Shown here: in pieces, positions 19,951 through 31,959 of the stretch
How the letters are laid out: every line of letters starts with the position of its first letter
Numbering within the stretch: position 1 is the stretch's first letter
Source of the DNA: a virus
Strand: one strand, 5' to 3'
Length of the DNA stretch: 64,000 bases
IMG/VR virus record: IMGVR_UViG_3300005264_000008
Span: 1-64,000 of that record
The notes under the pieces: generated by a model
What the model was told of the DNA's origin: nothing
Seen by the model: only the letters and a program-made list of their open reading frames with translations
The model's database searches: none
Made by a program: the position numbers and the translations under genes

Positions 19951-21131
19951 AATTAGAATATAACAATACAATATCATATGATAAAAAGGATATAAAAGTA
20001 CAAACACAGCTGAAGGAATATGAACCTGCTGAAATTGTTGATGTTATATACGATGATTCACATCCTCGTTATAGTACTGATATGGATATTGGTTCTGTTA
20101 TTATTAGACGTTTATTCACTGATTATAATAAAAAATACACAGCACTACCAATAGCAAAACCAGCAAACGGAAATAATCAATTATATCCATTGCGATATGA
20201 AATTGTTATGGTATATAAATCGATTGGTCCACATACAGGAACAACTAATCAATCTACTACTTATTACTATGACAATCCAATTAGTGTATGGAATTTAGCA
20301 AATCATAATGCGTTACCATTTTCAACTATTAGTACAAATCGAGAAAAACAGAATGATTATACTAATTTTACTGGTGTGAACAGTAAAAAGAATCAAAATA
20401 TAATATTAGGGGAATATTTTACTGAACAACCATCTGTTAATAAATTAAAGCCATTTGAAGGTGACTATATATTACAGGGTCGTTATAATAATAGTATTCG
20501 ATTCACCAATACAACATTACCAAATAAAGATAATCAATGGTCTAAACAAGGTAAAGCAGGTGACCCACTAATTATAATAAATAATACACGTAATACTGAA
20601 AAATCATTTGGTTTTAGATTAGAGGATATAAACCGTGATGATAGTAATATTTGGCTAACATCTACACAGACAATTCCAATCGAACTCGTTGCTAAGGAAC
20701 AAAAAGGATTCGTAGCAAATTATAAACCTGAATTAGTAAATAAATATAATCAACCACAACTTATTTTTAATAGTGGAAGACTGATATTCAATGCTAAAAC
20801 TGATAGTGTTGTTGTAAGTGCAAATAAAAGTATAAATTTAATATCTAATGACAATATAGTTATTAATAGCGATAAATATATAAATCTAAATAGTAATAAA
20901 ATATATATAGGAGGAGTAAGTGCGAGTAAAGAAAAAGAACCAATTGTACTTGGTCAGCAAATATTAAATACGCTTGATGAAATTATTAATATCATAACAA
21001 CATTAACAGTTGGTACTGCGGTCGGACCATCAACACCACCATTACCAACTACATTGACAAAATTATTAAATCTACAAATTAAATTAAAAACATCTAAATA
21101 TATTTTAAGTAAAAAAATATTCACAGAATAA
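19947..21131 (+). CDS. Baseplate hub/central spike protein (gp5-like, no lysozyme domain)
   Basis: FEGDYILQGRYNNSIRF, beta-repeat segment, EPIVLG and TAVGPSTPP C-terminus. Confidence 0.6.
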   Translation: MKLEYNNTISYDKKDIKVQTQLKEYEPAEIVDVIYDDSHPRYSTDMDIGSVIIRRLFTDYNKKYTALPIAKPANGNNQLYPLRYEIVMVYKSIGPHTGTTNQSTTYYYDNPISVWNLANHNALPFSTISTNREKQNDYTNFTGVNSKKNQNIILGEYFTEQPSVNKLKPFEGDYILQGRYNNSIRFTNTTLPNKDNQWSKQGKAGDPLIIINNTRNTEKSFGFRLEDINRDDSNIWLTSTQTIPIELVAKEQKGFVANYKPELVNKYNQPQLIFNSGRLIFNAKTDSVVVSANKSINLISNDNIVINSDKYINLNSNKIYIGGVSASKEKEPIVLGQQILNTLDEIINIITTLTVGTAVGPSTPPLPTTLTKLLNLQIKLKTSKYILSKKIFTE

Positions 21132-21142
21132 ACACAAAAATT

Positions 21143-21505
21143 ATGACAAAGAAAGAATTAAATCAAATTGTAACTCAAATTGTAAATGTAAAAGTTCAAC
21201 AACTGGTTAGTCCATTAATAACTGAATTGAAAAAACAACGTGAGCAAATTAGAAAATTAACAGAACATGTTCAACGTGGTAACAATAACCAACAACCACA
21301 GCAATTAAACGCTTCATATCAACAACCAGCAGTGAATCAAGTTCCACAAAGTGGGATTATGGCACAAAGTAATGATATGATGGGCAATGGAGAATATGAA
21401 AATAGTCCACTATTACAAGAAATGTTAAATAAAAATTACAAACCATTACTTGATAAAACTAAAAAAGCAGTAGATAGAATTAGAACTAATACACCTATTA
21501 AATAA
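21143..21505 (+). CDS. Leader-family protein, Q/N-rich
   Basis: Begins MTKKELNQIVTQIV. Confidence 0.6.
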   Translation: MTKKELNQIVTQIVNVKVQQLVSPLITELKKQREQIRKLTEHVQRGNNNQQPQQLNASYQQPAVNQVPQSGIMAQSNDMMGNGEYENSPLLQEMLNKNYKPLLDKTKKAVDRIRTNTPIK

Positions 21506-21535
21506 AAAAAAAGCAAGTATAACTTGCTTTTTTTT
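21504..21535. terminator. Bidirectional terminator
   Basis: A-run, GCAAGT-ATA-ACTTGC, T-run. Confidence 0.7.
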
Positions 21536-21552
21536 ATTTACCATTGTACAAT

Positions 21553-21660
21553 TTATGATTTTATTACCCATTCACCATTTGGTTCGAGATTTTCAATTGC
21601 ATCAGCAATTTCTTCAGCACACGTTGCAACTGTTCCTAAATCATCTAATAATTCACTCAT
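21553..21660 (-). CDS. 35-aa acidic small ORF
   Basis: MSELLDDLGTVATCAEEIADAIENLEPNGEWVIKS; A-rich leader and TATATTTATA upstream, terminator downstream. Confidence 0.45.
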   Translation of the reverse strand: MSELLDDLGTVATCAEEIADAIENLEPNGEWVIKS

Positions 21661-21689
21661 ATTTTTTTGTTTGTTTGTTTGTTTATAAA

Positions 21690-22304
21690 TATAGTTTCTT
21701 TTTTGTATTTTTTAATTTTTTCTAAATTCATACTACAGATATACATTAATTATTGTTAATAAATGCTAATTCTTTAGTTTGTATATATTAAGGATGATTT
21801 ACAACTCTCATATTATGAAAGTTTGTACCATCTTCATATTTTTCCATATTTTTGAAAATTTCGTCAGTTAACACAAAATCAATGGTTTTACCATTCTTAA
21901 TATATTTATAATTGATATCGTATCAAATAATACCACCAATTTTAAAATTATTATACCACATAAATAAGTTTTTTATAACCCCCCCCTTTCCAAGAGTGAT
22001 TTTCAATTTATTTTTTATTACAACAACACATCCGATATTTTAGATTGTTCCAATTCGATAAATATATTGAAGTATTCTAATAATGCAGGTTCGTAACCAT
22101 TTATTTTTAAAGGGTGTCCTTGTTTTTTTTTATAACTTCGGTAGGATTATTATTCGAAATCTCATTCAGTAGTTTTTGGTTATGACACAATTTTTTTTCA
22201 AGATACGACTTAAACACACAACCTATTTCAATTGCAACAGTGTCTTCAATTTTAGCGTTTGTATAATTTGTTCGTATGAAATGTGGAAAATACTGTATAT
22301 CCAT
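21690..22304 (-). pseudogene. Decayed gene(s)
   Basis: The 65-aa ORF continues in a shifted frame after an A-run (QGHPLKINGYEPALLEYF...), followed by coding-like sequence with several stops. Confidence 0.45.
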
Positions 22305-22417
22305 AATTGCTATTTTGTTGATTAAAAATTTACTATGTATTATGTTTTTATAAATAAAATAACTTTTTTATTAATATTGGTGTAATTTTCGATTTTTTAA
22401 TTGATTTTATTTTAAAT

Positions 22418-23398
22418 ATGAGTCATAACATAAAACTATTGCAATATATAAAACCATTTCTTGGAGATTACAAAAAGACAAGTGATTCAAATGTAGCATT
22501 TATATGTCCATTTTGTAACCATCCTAAGAAGAAATTAGAAGTGAATATTAGTAAAAACGATACTAAAATGGGATATTGGCATTGTTGGGTTTGTGGTGAA
22601 GGTGGGCATCATTTGGCAAATTTGTTTAAAAAACTAGATTACAATCAAAACATAATATCAGATTTATATAAACTAGTATCAAATAACAAATCAAATGCAA
22701 TATATGTAAAGTCAGATATAGATAGTATTTTTACTAATAATCATAAAACATTAGTATTTAATCGAGATTTTAAACCATTGTATAATAATATAAATGATAG
22801 TATAGAATATAAACGTGCAATTAAATATTTGGAAAATAGAAATGTAACTAAATATGAGATAGAGCGATATAAAATTCATTACTTTGAACATACAATTATA
22901 AATGATAAACAATTGTATAATAGAATTGTGATACCAACATATAATGATGAATTTAAATTTATATCGTATATTACACGAGACTACACAGACAATCAATATA
23001 TTCCATATATTAAACCAAAAATATCTCATACTGATATTATATTTTTTGAACATTTAATTAATTGGAATTTACCCATATTTTTAGTTGAAGGAGTATTTGA
23101 TGCGATAGCGTTACGATACAATGCTATTCCATTATTAGGCAAAAATATCAATACTAAGCTATTAAATAAGCTACAGCAACATCAACCACCTGTATATGTA
23201 GTTTTCGACCCTGATGCGAAATTTGACTCGATTTTGAAAGCTAAATATTTGTATGAAAAAGGTATTAGTAATGTTAATGTAGTATTACTAGATTCAGATG
23301 GAGATATTGCTGATATGGGATATGAAATGAGTATGGAATATATTTTACGAAATAATGTGAATATAAATTTAGAAACTATAATGAAATTATTATTATGA
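22418..23398 (+). CDS. DNA primase (Zn finger + TOPRIM)
   Basis: CPFC...[24 protein letters not shown]. Confidence 0.9.
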   Translation: MSHNIKLLQYIKPFLGDYKKTSDSNVAFICPFCNHPKKKLEVNISKNDTKMGYWHCWVCGEGGHHLANLFKKLDYNQNIISDLYKLVSNNKSNAIYVKSDIDSIFTNNHKTLVFNRDFKPLYNNINDSIEYKRAIKYLENRNVTKYEIERYKIHYFEHTIINDKQLYNRIVIPTYNDEFKFISYITRDYTDNQYIPYIKPKISHTDIIFFEHLINWNLPIFLVEGVFDAIALRYNAIPLLGKNINTKLLNKLQQHQPPVYVVFDPDAKFDSILKAKYLYEKGISNVNVVLLDSDGDIADMGYEMSMEYILRNNVNINLETIMKLLL

Positions 23399-24171
23399 TA
23401 CAACTAATAAAAGGTGATTGTCTTATTGAAATGCAAAACATACCAGATAAAAGCATTGATGCTATTATTTGTGATTTACCTTATGGGGTATTAAATAAAG
23501 GCAATAAATCAGCAAAATGGGATTCCGTAATTCCTTTTGATATGTTGTGGAACGAATATAATAGAATAATTAAACTTAATGGTGCGATTGTATTATTTGG
23601 ACAAGGTATGTTTTCAGCACAATTAATGATAAGCAATAAAAAATATTGGCGATATAATTTAATTTGGGACAAAGTTGCTAAAACTGGGTTCTTAAATTCA
23701 AAGCGAATGCAACTCAGACAGCATGAGGATATATGTGTATTCTATAAAAAATTACCAACATACAACCCTCAAATGACAAAATGTGAACCACACAAAAGAA
23801 ACCATAGCAAGGGAAATATGGAAACGCCACAAAAGAATAGTTGTTATGGTAATTTTGTTGAAACACCAACTATAATATCTGATGAGAAATTTCCAACATC
23901 AATAATTACTATATCAAAAGAGCATAAGAAAGGGAAGTTTTACCACCCTACACAAAAACCAGTTGCATTATTAGAATATTTAGTAAAAACTTACACAAAC
24001 GAAAATGATACAATTTTAGATAATACAATGGGAAGTGGAACAACTGGTATAGCCTGTCAAAATCTAAATAGAAATTTTATAGGTATCGAATTAGATAAAA
24101 AATATTTTGATATTGCTGTTAAACGAGTAGAAGAAAACAAATCTAAAGTAAATAATTTATTTAATTTCTAA
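23395..24171 (+). CDS. Beta-class amino DNA methyltransferase (probably N6-adenine)
   Basis: [27 protein letters not shown]; ends KVNNLFNF. Confidence 0.92.
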   Translation: MIQLIKGDCLIEMQNIPDKSIDAIICDLPYGVLNKGNKSAKWDSVIPFDMLWNEYNRIIKLNGAIVLFGQGMFSAQLMISNKKYWRYNLIWDKVAKTGFLNSKRMQLRQHEDICVFYKKLPTYNPQMTKCEPHKRNHSKGNMETPQKNSCYGNFVETPTIISDEKFPTSIITISKEHKKGKFYHPTQKPVALLEYLVKTYTNENDTILDNTMGSGTTGIACQNLNRNFIGIELDKKYFDIAVKRVEENKSKVNNLFNF

Positions 24172-24173
24172 TA

Positions 24174-25181
24174 ATGAAAAAATACCCAACTGAAAATAAA
24201 TATTTTGAAACTGAAAGTGGAATTTTATATGTTAATGATACATTGTCACAATTAAAAAATATTCCGAATGAAAGTATTGATAGTGTCATTACAAGTCCAC
24301 CTTATTGGGCAATGCGTGATTACGGTGTAGATGGTCAATTAGGACAGGAAGAAACACCCGAATTGTACATTGCTAAATTGATTGATATATATGACGAAAT
24401 ATATAGAGTATTAAAATCAGATGGTACATGTTTTATAAATTTAGGTGATACGTATGCAGGAAGTGGAGCAGGGACAACAACAAAAGTAGATACAGAAAAG
24501 TATATTAAAAATTCAAAGCAAGTTTATGTAATGCCAAATGGAAGTAATAAATCTGCACAATACCGAAAAACACGCATGAATAAAAGTCTTTTGATGATTC
24601 CATATAAATTTTCAATTGAAATGATTGAGCGTGGTTGGATTACGGTTGATTTTGAACCTATTTTCTTCTTTGTTAAAAACAAAAAATATCAATTTGAACA
24701 GCAATTTGAAATTGCAACTGGTTATGATGGAAGAAAAGATATAAAATATAAAGGTGGTAATAAAGATGTAAGTATTGGTAAGCATAATAGATGGTCTTTT
24801 AAAAATTTACAAGATAAAGGGCAAAAAACACATAGTATGCATGAAAATAGAGCAAAAGGAATACCAGACAAAATATATCCAATGCGAAATATGAGAACAA
24901 CTTGGAATATCCCTACAAAACCATTCTCAGAAGCACATTTTGCAGTATATCCCGATACATTAGTTGAAAGAATGATTGAAGCAGGATGTCCAATTGACGG
25001 TGTTGTTTTGGACCCATTTATGGGTTCAGGTACAACTGGGATGGTTGCAGAACGTTTGAACCGCAAATGGATTGGAATTGATATAAATCCTGATTATTGT
25101 AAAATTGCAGAAAAACGTATAATGCAAACTAATATTATAAAAAAACAAGAAAACAAAATGAATAATTTATTTAATTTTTAA
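24174..25181 (+). CDS. Beta-class DNA methyltransferase (SPPY, probably N4-cytosine); apparent internal deletion
   Basis: [22 protein letters not shown]; ends KMNNLFNF. Confidence 0.88.
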   Translation: MKKYPTENKYFETESGILYVNDTLSQLKNIPNESIDSVITSPPYWAMRDYGVDGQLGQEETPELYIAKLIDIYDEIYRVLKSDGTCFINLGDTYAGSGAGTTTKVDTEKYIKNSKQVYVMPNGSNKSAQYRKTRMNKSLLMIPYKFSIEMIERGWITVDFEPIFFFVKNKKYQFEQQFEIATGYDGRKDIKYKGGNKDVSIGKHNRWSFKNLQDKGQKTHSMHENRAKGIPDKIYPMRNMRTTWNIPTKPFSEAHFAVYPDTLVERMIEAGCPIDGVVLDPFMGSGTTGMVAERLNRKWIGIDINPDYCKIAEKRIMQTNIIKKQENKMNNLFNF

Positions 25182-25185
25182 TATT

Positions 25186-28100
25186 ATGAGACTAGAAAAC
25201 ATAACAATTCCAATTGAAGATATTGATAATATCTTCCATATTTCGGATATACATATACGAAATACCAAACGTCATGATGAATATTTATCTGTATTTGACA
25301 AGTTGTATTCGGAGATTAAACACACTAATTCAATAAATTGTGTATGTGGTGATATAGTACATACGAAGACACAAATGTCACCCGAACTAATACAAATAAC
25401 GAGTGATTTTTTTATAAATTTATCTAGGATAAATCCTACATTTGTAATAACTGGTAATCACGATACTAATTTAAGTAATAGAAATAGATTGGATGCATTA
25501 GAGCCAATTATAAATAATATACAATTAGATTCCGAAGTTAAATCTAATTTATATTATCTTAAAGAAAGTGGAATATACACTATTAATAATTCTATTGATT
25601 TAGTGGTTTTTTCTGTATTAGATGGGATTGAAAAATATAATGAAATGATTGATTATTATAAAGAATATTATTCAGATAATAATAGAAAATCATATGCAAT
25701 GTATCATGGGACAGTAAAAGGTGCTGTTACTGATTTAGGTTATAAATTAGCTGAAGAAAAAATAACAACTAATATGTTTATGCATTTCGACCATACATTA
25801 TTAGGAGACATTCATTTACAACAAACTTTAAAATAGATAATTATGATTTCATATAGTGGAAGTTTAGTACAGCAAAATTTTGGTGAGAGTAATACACATG
25901 GTATTCTCAAATGGGATGTAAAAAACAATACAAATAAATTCATACCAATTGAAAGTGATTATGGTTTTAGAACTGTTTATTATATTGATAATATACTAAT
26001 AACAGTTTCAGATGATAAATTTATTGAATTGTCATTTGATGATATGATTTCACAGTTTCCGAAAAACTTATCATTACGAATAAAAAATGATAATAGTGAT
26101 AGATTAGTCATTGATGATTTTATTTCAAAGGTAGAATTACATTTTAATTTACAAAGTTTAATTATACTTGATATTGATAGTAAAGATAGTGAAATATCTA
26201 ATTTAAAAGCTGAAAATGATATACTAGATACACAATCTAATATAACACAAGTATCATATCAAAATGAGTTAATTAAAAATATGCATTCACAAATATTAGG
26301 ATATGATTTAGAAGATGATATATTGCAAAAGATATTTAAGTTGAATGATAATTTAAATAAAACATTTCTACAACAACCAGATACAAATTACGGTAGTTTG
26401 ATAAAACTAAAAGAAATGACATTCAATAATATGTTTAGTTATGGAACAGGTAATTATATTAACTTCGATTCTATGAATGGTATAGTTGGATTGTTTGCTC
26501 CAAATAGACAGGGGAAAAGTAGTATTATGCAGATACTATTATTTTTATTATATGATAAATCAAGTAAAACTAATAAAACACTAGATTATCTAAATATAAA
26601 CACTCGGTTCTTTGATGCTAAATTAACATTTGAAGTTGATAATGAGACATATATAATTGAAAAAAATGGTAAATTAGATTCTAAAGATAAGTTACATTTT
26701 ACTGTTAATTTTTATAAATTAACTGATAAAAATGTACAAGTTAGTTTAAATGGTGAGCAAAGAAGAGAAACTGTTAAAAAAATTCGTGCAATAGTTGGTA
26801 CATATGAGAATATTGTAATGACTAATATAGTATTACAACAAGACGATTCGTTTAATTTTATACGCAAAACACAAACTGAAAGACGTGTATTATTAAATCA
26901 TTTTATTGGTTTAGACATTTTCCAGCAACTACATAAAAGTGTACAATCATTGGTAAAAGAAAGCAAAGTGAAATTTAATTTATTATTAAGTGAAAATATA
27001 ATCACCACTATTAATAAATACGAACAAGAACTCAAAGAATATAAATCTCAATTAATTGCTCTTGATAAAGATGTGAAACAATATGATTTGGATATAAAAT
27101 CATATGAAATATTAAAAACAGATATACAATCTAAAATAAAAAATATTGATGTTAAAGATATAAATGTTACTGCTATTAAACAAAATATTCAACAATATGA
27201 AACATTTATATCCGACAAAACTTTAGAGTGTGAAGAAGTTAATATATTAATTAGCCAATTAAAAAGTGATATTGATGATAAAAATAAATCCATAATTGAA
27301 TATGATGTCAATGAACTAACAAAGCAATTTAATACATATAATGATAATGTAAATAATATAAGTAAATTACAAACTAAATTAAGAACACTATCATTGAGAA
27401 ATGATACCATAACACAGTCACTCGGAATCATTTCTAAATTTGAATATGATACTGATAATTGTGATGTATGTTTAGCTAACAACAAAATACAATCGGATGG
27501 ATTATCACAATTTAATTCTGACTTTTCTGCCAATAAACAAACAATTATTCAATTGAACAATGATATTACTAAATTAGTAAATGAAAATGTTCAATTGGAA
27601 GAATCTGTGAAACGTCATAATAACTTAACTATAATCAGTCAAGATATTAATGAATTGAATAGTAAAGTTGTGAAATTGGAGAACCATATTAAATTAACGA
27701 CAAGTGAAATAAATACTAAAAATGAAAAACTATTAACAGCTAATACACAAATAAATCAATATAATACATCTAAAAATATAATTGAACAAAACCAAATACA
27801 TCAAACTAAACTGAATGATATTAATAGTGTATTATTTAACTTCAATAGTGAACGTAGAAATGTAGAACAACAGATAAATCAAATTGGTGTTAAAGCTGAT
27901 GTCATAGAAGAAAAACTCAAAGATTTATATGTGAAGCGTGTTAATTTGGAAGTGTTAGAACAGGATTTGAAAATATTAGAATATTATAGTAAATTATACC
28001 ATCATACAGGAATACCATTCCAATTATTGTCAAACGTAATATTGAAATTAAATACTGAAACTAATAAGATATTATCACAAATAACTAATTTTACATTGGA

Positions 28101-28446
28101 TTTTGAGATGTCAGATACAAATATAAATATTTACATTTGTTATGGAAATAAACGATGGTTATTAGAATTAAATAGTGGTATGGAAAATTTTATTAGTAAT
28201 ATTGCTGTGAGAATGGCACTGAGTAAAATTACAACCCTTCCTAAAACAGAGTTCATGTTTGTTGATGAAGGATGGGCATCACTTGATAAGGACAATATAA
28301 CAAAAGTATCAAATTTATTTGATTATTTAAAACAAGTATATAAATATGTTATAATTGTTTCACATATTGATACAATGAAAGATGATATTGATATGCCAAT
28401 TGACATAACAAAAGAAAATGAATTTAGTAAAATTATTGTCAAATAA
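25186..28446 (+). CDS. SbcD-SbcC (Mre11-Rad50, gp47-gp46) fusion interrupted by one in-frame TAG at 25834-25836
   Basis: SDIH, GDIVH, GNHD and GDIH precede the stop; YSGSLVQQNFGE follows it in frame; then Walker A APNRQGKS, coiled coil with CDVC hook, NSGME signature, FVDEG, IVSH. Confidence 0.85.
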
Positions 28447-28484
28447 AATTACTTAGTTTATAATAATAATAAAAAAAATAAAAA

Positions 28485-28709
28485 ATGAAACATTTTGAAT
28501 ACGTACATAATTTTTTACGAGAATTAAACAAACTTGTTCCAAATGAAGGTGAAATTAGACATAATATTATATTATGTTAAGACACAGGTAAATTAATGAT
28601 TTCTATATTTAATGATGGTAAGTGGAATGGTGTTGATATGGATAAAATGTATGAAGATAAAGCAACATATCAAGAATTGGTAAATGGTATATGTGAATTA
28701 TTGAAGTAA
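28485..28709 (+). pseudogene. Small gene with an in-frame TAA at 28578-28580
   Basis: MKHFEYVHNFLRELNKLVPNEGEIRHNYILC*DTGKLMISIFNDGKWNG...ELLK; A-rich leader. Confidence 0.55.
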
Positions 28710-28735
28710 TCATGTTTAAATAAAAATATATTAAA

Positions 28736-28942
28736 ATGGGAAAAGTAAATAGTACAAAAAGGGAGAAAATATCAGAATTGAAAAGGTGGATAAATGACGA
28801 AGAAGTTTTTGAATGGTGGTCGGGCGGAAATGATACATTTGAATTATATGCTGAAAAATTGGTTAATAAAGGTATTGATATTGAATTTATAAAAATGATG
28901 TTCAGTGGACTTTATCGGGCTGTTTTAGGTGAATATGAATAA
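28736..28942 (+). CDS. Hypothetical protein
   Basis: 68-aa ORF with A-rich leader. Confidence 0.55.
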   Translation: MGKVNSTKREKISELKRWINDEEVFEWWSGGNDTFELYAEKLVNKGIDIEFIKMMFSGLYRAVLGEYE

Positions 28943-28954
28943 ACATATTTTAAT

Positions 28955-29001
28955 TATAAGTAGCCAAATGTACATTAAATTGTATACATTTGGCTACTTA
29001 T
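28955..29001. terminator. Long hairpin (terminator or other structure)
   Basis: ATAAGTAGCCAAATGTA ... TACATTTGGCTACTTAT perfect 17-bp stem. Confidence 0.6.
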
Positions 29002-29062
29002 AAAAACTCAATTATTATCTATACATTTGCAACAAATTATTAATCTTATTAAATTTAGAATT

Positions 29063-29397
29063 ATGGAAAGTATTGATGAAAAATCACAAAATTATGCTTA
29101 TAAAAAGGTTAGAGAATCGTTTCCAACATTGCGTGGAAATGCATTTCAATTAATTAAGTTAATCGTAAAATCAGCATATATACAAGGTGCTGAATTTACA
29201 AGTAGTGAGAATATTGGGAAATCTGCAAAAGAATATGCAAACAATAGAGTCTCAGAAAATTTACTAAATATCCAGAAGCTACGAAAAATTTATTATCTCT
29301 AATGATGCAACAGGCATTTATTCAAGCATGTGATGATAATGGGAAAAATGTCAATGTCGAAAGAATTGACATAGCGTTTCAATTATGTAGTGTCTAA
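29063..29397 (+). pseudogene. Frameshifted two-repeat protein, probably a cassette gene
   Basis: The second repeat (LMMQQAFIQA, compare LIVKSAYIQG) lies in another frame after about 29262; the restored stop sits next to a degenerate attC-like site. Confidence 0.55.
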
Positions 29398-29402
29398 ATT
29401 AA

Positions 29403-29434
29403 CCATGACGAATACGTGTTTGACACTGTTATCT
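29403..29434 (+). mobile_element. Degenerate, shortened attC-like site
   Basis: Shares ACGAATACGTGTTTG and CTGTTAT with the intact site at 29744-29814. Confidence 0.5.
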
Positions 29435-29481
29435 ACTTTATTTTTAACATTTAAATTATTAACAATATAAAAAGTAATAGT

Positions 29482-29739
29482 ATGGAATATAAAACCGTAG
29501 AAAATTGGACAAGTGGTAGTGGTAATATATTAGTCACAAAACAGGAAGTGAAATTAGAAGCTGGTGACCAATATATAGGAGAAGGGTTGTCTGGAAGAAA
29601 TATATTTTCATGGTCTAAAAATCAAAAAAAAGAATATCCACAAAAAAAAGCTATTAAAGTAATTGCTCGTAGTTTTAATTTAGTTTGGTGTTTTTCTGGT
29701 AACAATAACATTTCAGATTTACCAGTAGTAGATATTTAG
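29482..29739 (+). CDS. Cassette-borne hypothetical protein
   Basis: 85 aa, bounded by GTTATC (29428) and GATAAC (29745-29750). Confidence 0.6.
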   Translation: MEYKTVENWTSGSGNILVTKQEVKLEAGDQYIGEGLSGRNIFSWSKNQKKEYPQKKAIKVIARSFNLVWCFSGNNNISDLPVVDI

Positions 29740-29743
29740 TTGC

Positions 29744-29814
29744 TGATAACGAATACGTGTTTGTGATGTTTTGGGAGTTTTTAGAACCAAATAACATCAA
29801 AAACGCTGTTATAG
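29744..29814 (+). mobile_element. attC-like recombination site
   Basis: TGATAAC...CGTGTTTGTGATGTT-TTGG / CCAA-AT-AACATCAAAAACG...GTTATAG imperfect hairpin, 71 nt. Confidence 0.65.
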
Positions 29815-29875
29815 TTACCTTATTGAAACATTTCAGCATCGAATAAATGAAATATTAATCTTAAAATATTGAATT

Positions 29876-30073
29876 ATGAATGGAAGAAAGTTATATAGAG
29901 AATATACACAAAGTAAGGGCAAAGAAGCAAAAGAGTTTATCAAGATTGAAGAAGACTGGTATAATTTAGACATGTTAATAACAAAAGATAATAAGGGTCA
30001 TGAAGAAAAAACAAGTATTAATTATAAGGATTTAGTTAATTGGATAATCCGAAATAGGCCTGATTACTCATAA
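29876..30073 (+). CDS. Cassette-borne hypothetical protein
   Basis: 65 aa; the stop codon lies inside TCATAAC, as is typical of cassette R'' sites. Confidence 0.55.
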   Translation: MNGRKLYREYTQSKGKEAKEFIKIEEDWYNLDMLITKDNKGHEEKTSINYKDLVNWIIRNRPDYS

Positions 30074-30162
30074 CAAAACGCTTGATGTATCTTTCATATA
30101 ATAATTAAATTATAAGATGTTAAAAATGTATGTAATATTTAATTTTCATATTAGATTTATAT

Positions 30163-30194
30163 AAAAATCCATGTTTAATAAACATGGATTTTTT
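30163..30194. terminator. Intrinsic terminator
   Basis: AAAAATCCATGTTT-AAT-AAACATGGATTTTT. Confidence 0.7.
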
Positions 30195-30241
30195 AATTTA
30201 TTTAATTTATATAATAATAACAAAAAAATAATAACAAAGAA

Positions 30242-31942
30242 ATGAATACAAAAAAAATTGTATATGAAAGTGATGCATTATCACAAATGAAAAAAGGAAT
30301 TGATAAGGTGTATGGAGCAGTTAGTTCAACATTAGGACCGAATGGTCATAATGTACTAATTGAAACTGAAAATGGAAAAATAATTTCAACTAAAGATGGT
30401 GTAACAGTAGCAAAATCAATAAAGTTAGAAGATAGTGTTGAAAACATGGGTGCACAATTCATAATCAACAGTTCAATTCATACAAATAAAATTGCTGGTG
30501 ATGGAACAACAACTGCAACTGTATTGACACATTCTATTATTACAGAAGGATTAAAACGACTTGACACTAATATCAATGTGTTTGATTTAAAACGTGGCTT
30601 AGAACAAACAAAAGACGTGATTATTGATGAACTTGATAATATGAAGAAAGATATTGTTGATGAAAATGATTATGAAAATGTTGCAACTATATCTGCAAAT
30701 GGTGATGATAAAATTGGAAGACTTATTTCAGAAGCATTTAAATCAGTTGGGACAGATGGTGTAATTACTGTTGAAAAAAGTAATACTGGATTAGATGAAT
30801 TGGAAATTGTGGATGGATTGCAATTTAATAGTGGGTATTTATCACCATTGTTTATTAATAATGAACAATCATTACAAGTTGAATTTGATAATCCTCGTTA
30901 TATATTTTTCGATGGTAAATTACAAACAGTTACTCAAATATTAAAATTACTTGAATATTCAGCTACTCATAATATACCACTTGTCATTGTAGCAGATGAT
31001 ATTAGTAATGAAGCATTGTCAATATTGATTGTTAATAAAGTTAGAGGTATTGCAAATGTATGTGCAGTTAAAGCACCTGGATATGGTGATTTACGAAAAG
31101 AAATGTTACAAGATATGGCAACATTGACAAATGGTATTGTTGTAAGTGCTGACCGTGGCATGGAGATTGAAAATATTACTGATGATGTGTTTAATGATGA
31201 TGGAGAACTAATTCAGACTATAAATAATGTATTTGGGACTAGCCGTTCATTCACAAGTACTAACAAACAAAGTACTATAATTGATGGGAATGGTGAATTG
31301 GAGAAAATCGAGTTGAGAATAGACCAATTACAATCACAAATAGAAAAATCAGTATCTGATTATGAAAAACAACGTTATAGAGAACGTTTAGGTAAAATGT
31401 CAGGTGGTGTAGCAATCATAAATGTAGGTGGTGAAAGTGATGTGGAAATTGAAGATAAAAAGTTTAGAATAGAAGATGCGTTAAATGCAACTAAATCAGC
31501 TATTGAAGACGGTGTGTTACCAGGTGGAGGAATTGCATTGATGAAAATCTGGGATAAACTTGAAAATGAAACAGAATATTCAAGTGATATTCTTGAAAAT
31601 GTTATCTCACGAAATATTATGTTAAAAGCAATTAAACAACCATTTATGAAAATCATCGATAATGCTGGATTGAATGGTGATGTTATTTGGAGTGAACTAC
31701 ATACATCGAATGATTTATTAACAGCAATTGAAAATAAAAATAATCCAATTGAATTAAACGATGGATTCAATGTTAAAACTAAAAAATATGTTAATATGAT
31801 TACAGATGGTGTCATTGACCCAACCAAAGTTGTAAAAACAGCATTACAAAAAGCAACATCACTAGCATCAACATTTTTGATGACTAATGCAATAATTGTG
31901 GATATTCCTACTGAAACAAAACCCGAAGAAATGCAATATTAA
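30242..31942 (+). CDS. groL: Phage chaperonin GroEL
   Basis: TLGPNG, TKDGVTVA, AGDGTTTATVL, VKAPGYGD, GVLPGGG, GVIDPTKV. Confidence 0.95.
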   Translation: MNTKKIVYESDALSQMKKGIDKVYGAVSSTLGPNGHNVLIETENGKIISTKDGVTVAKSIKLEDSVENMGAQFIINSSIHTNKIAGDGTTTATVLTHSIITEGLKRLDTNINVFDLKRGLEQTKDVIIDELDNMKKDIVDENDYENVATISANGDDKIGRLISEAFKSVGTDGVITVEKSNTGLDELEIVDGLQFNSGYLSPLFINNEQSLQVEFDNPRYIFFDGKLQTVTQILKLLEYSATHNIPLVIVADDISNEALSILIVNKVRGIANVCAVKAPGYGDLRKEMLQDMATLTNGIVVSADRGMEIENITDDVFNDDGELIQTINNVFGTSRSFTSTNKQSTIIDGNGELEKIELRIDQLQSQIEKSVSDYEKQRYRERLGKMSGGVAIINVGGESDVEIEDKKFRIEDALNATKSAIEDGVLPGGGIALMKIWDKLENETEYSSDILENVISRNIMLKAIKQPFMKIIDNAGLNGDVIWSELHTSNDLLTAIENKNNPIELNDGFNVKTKKYVNMITDGVIDPTKVVKTALQKATSLASTFLMTNAIIVDIPTETKPEEMQY

Positions 31943-31959
31943 TAAAAATATAAAAAAAA

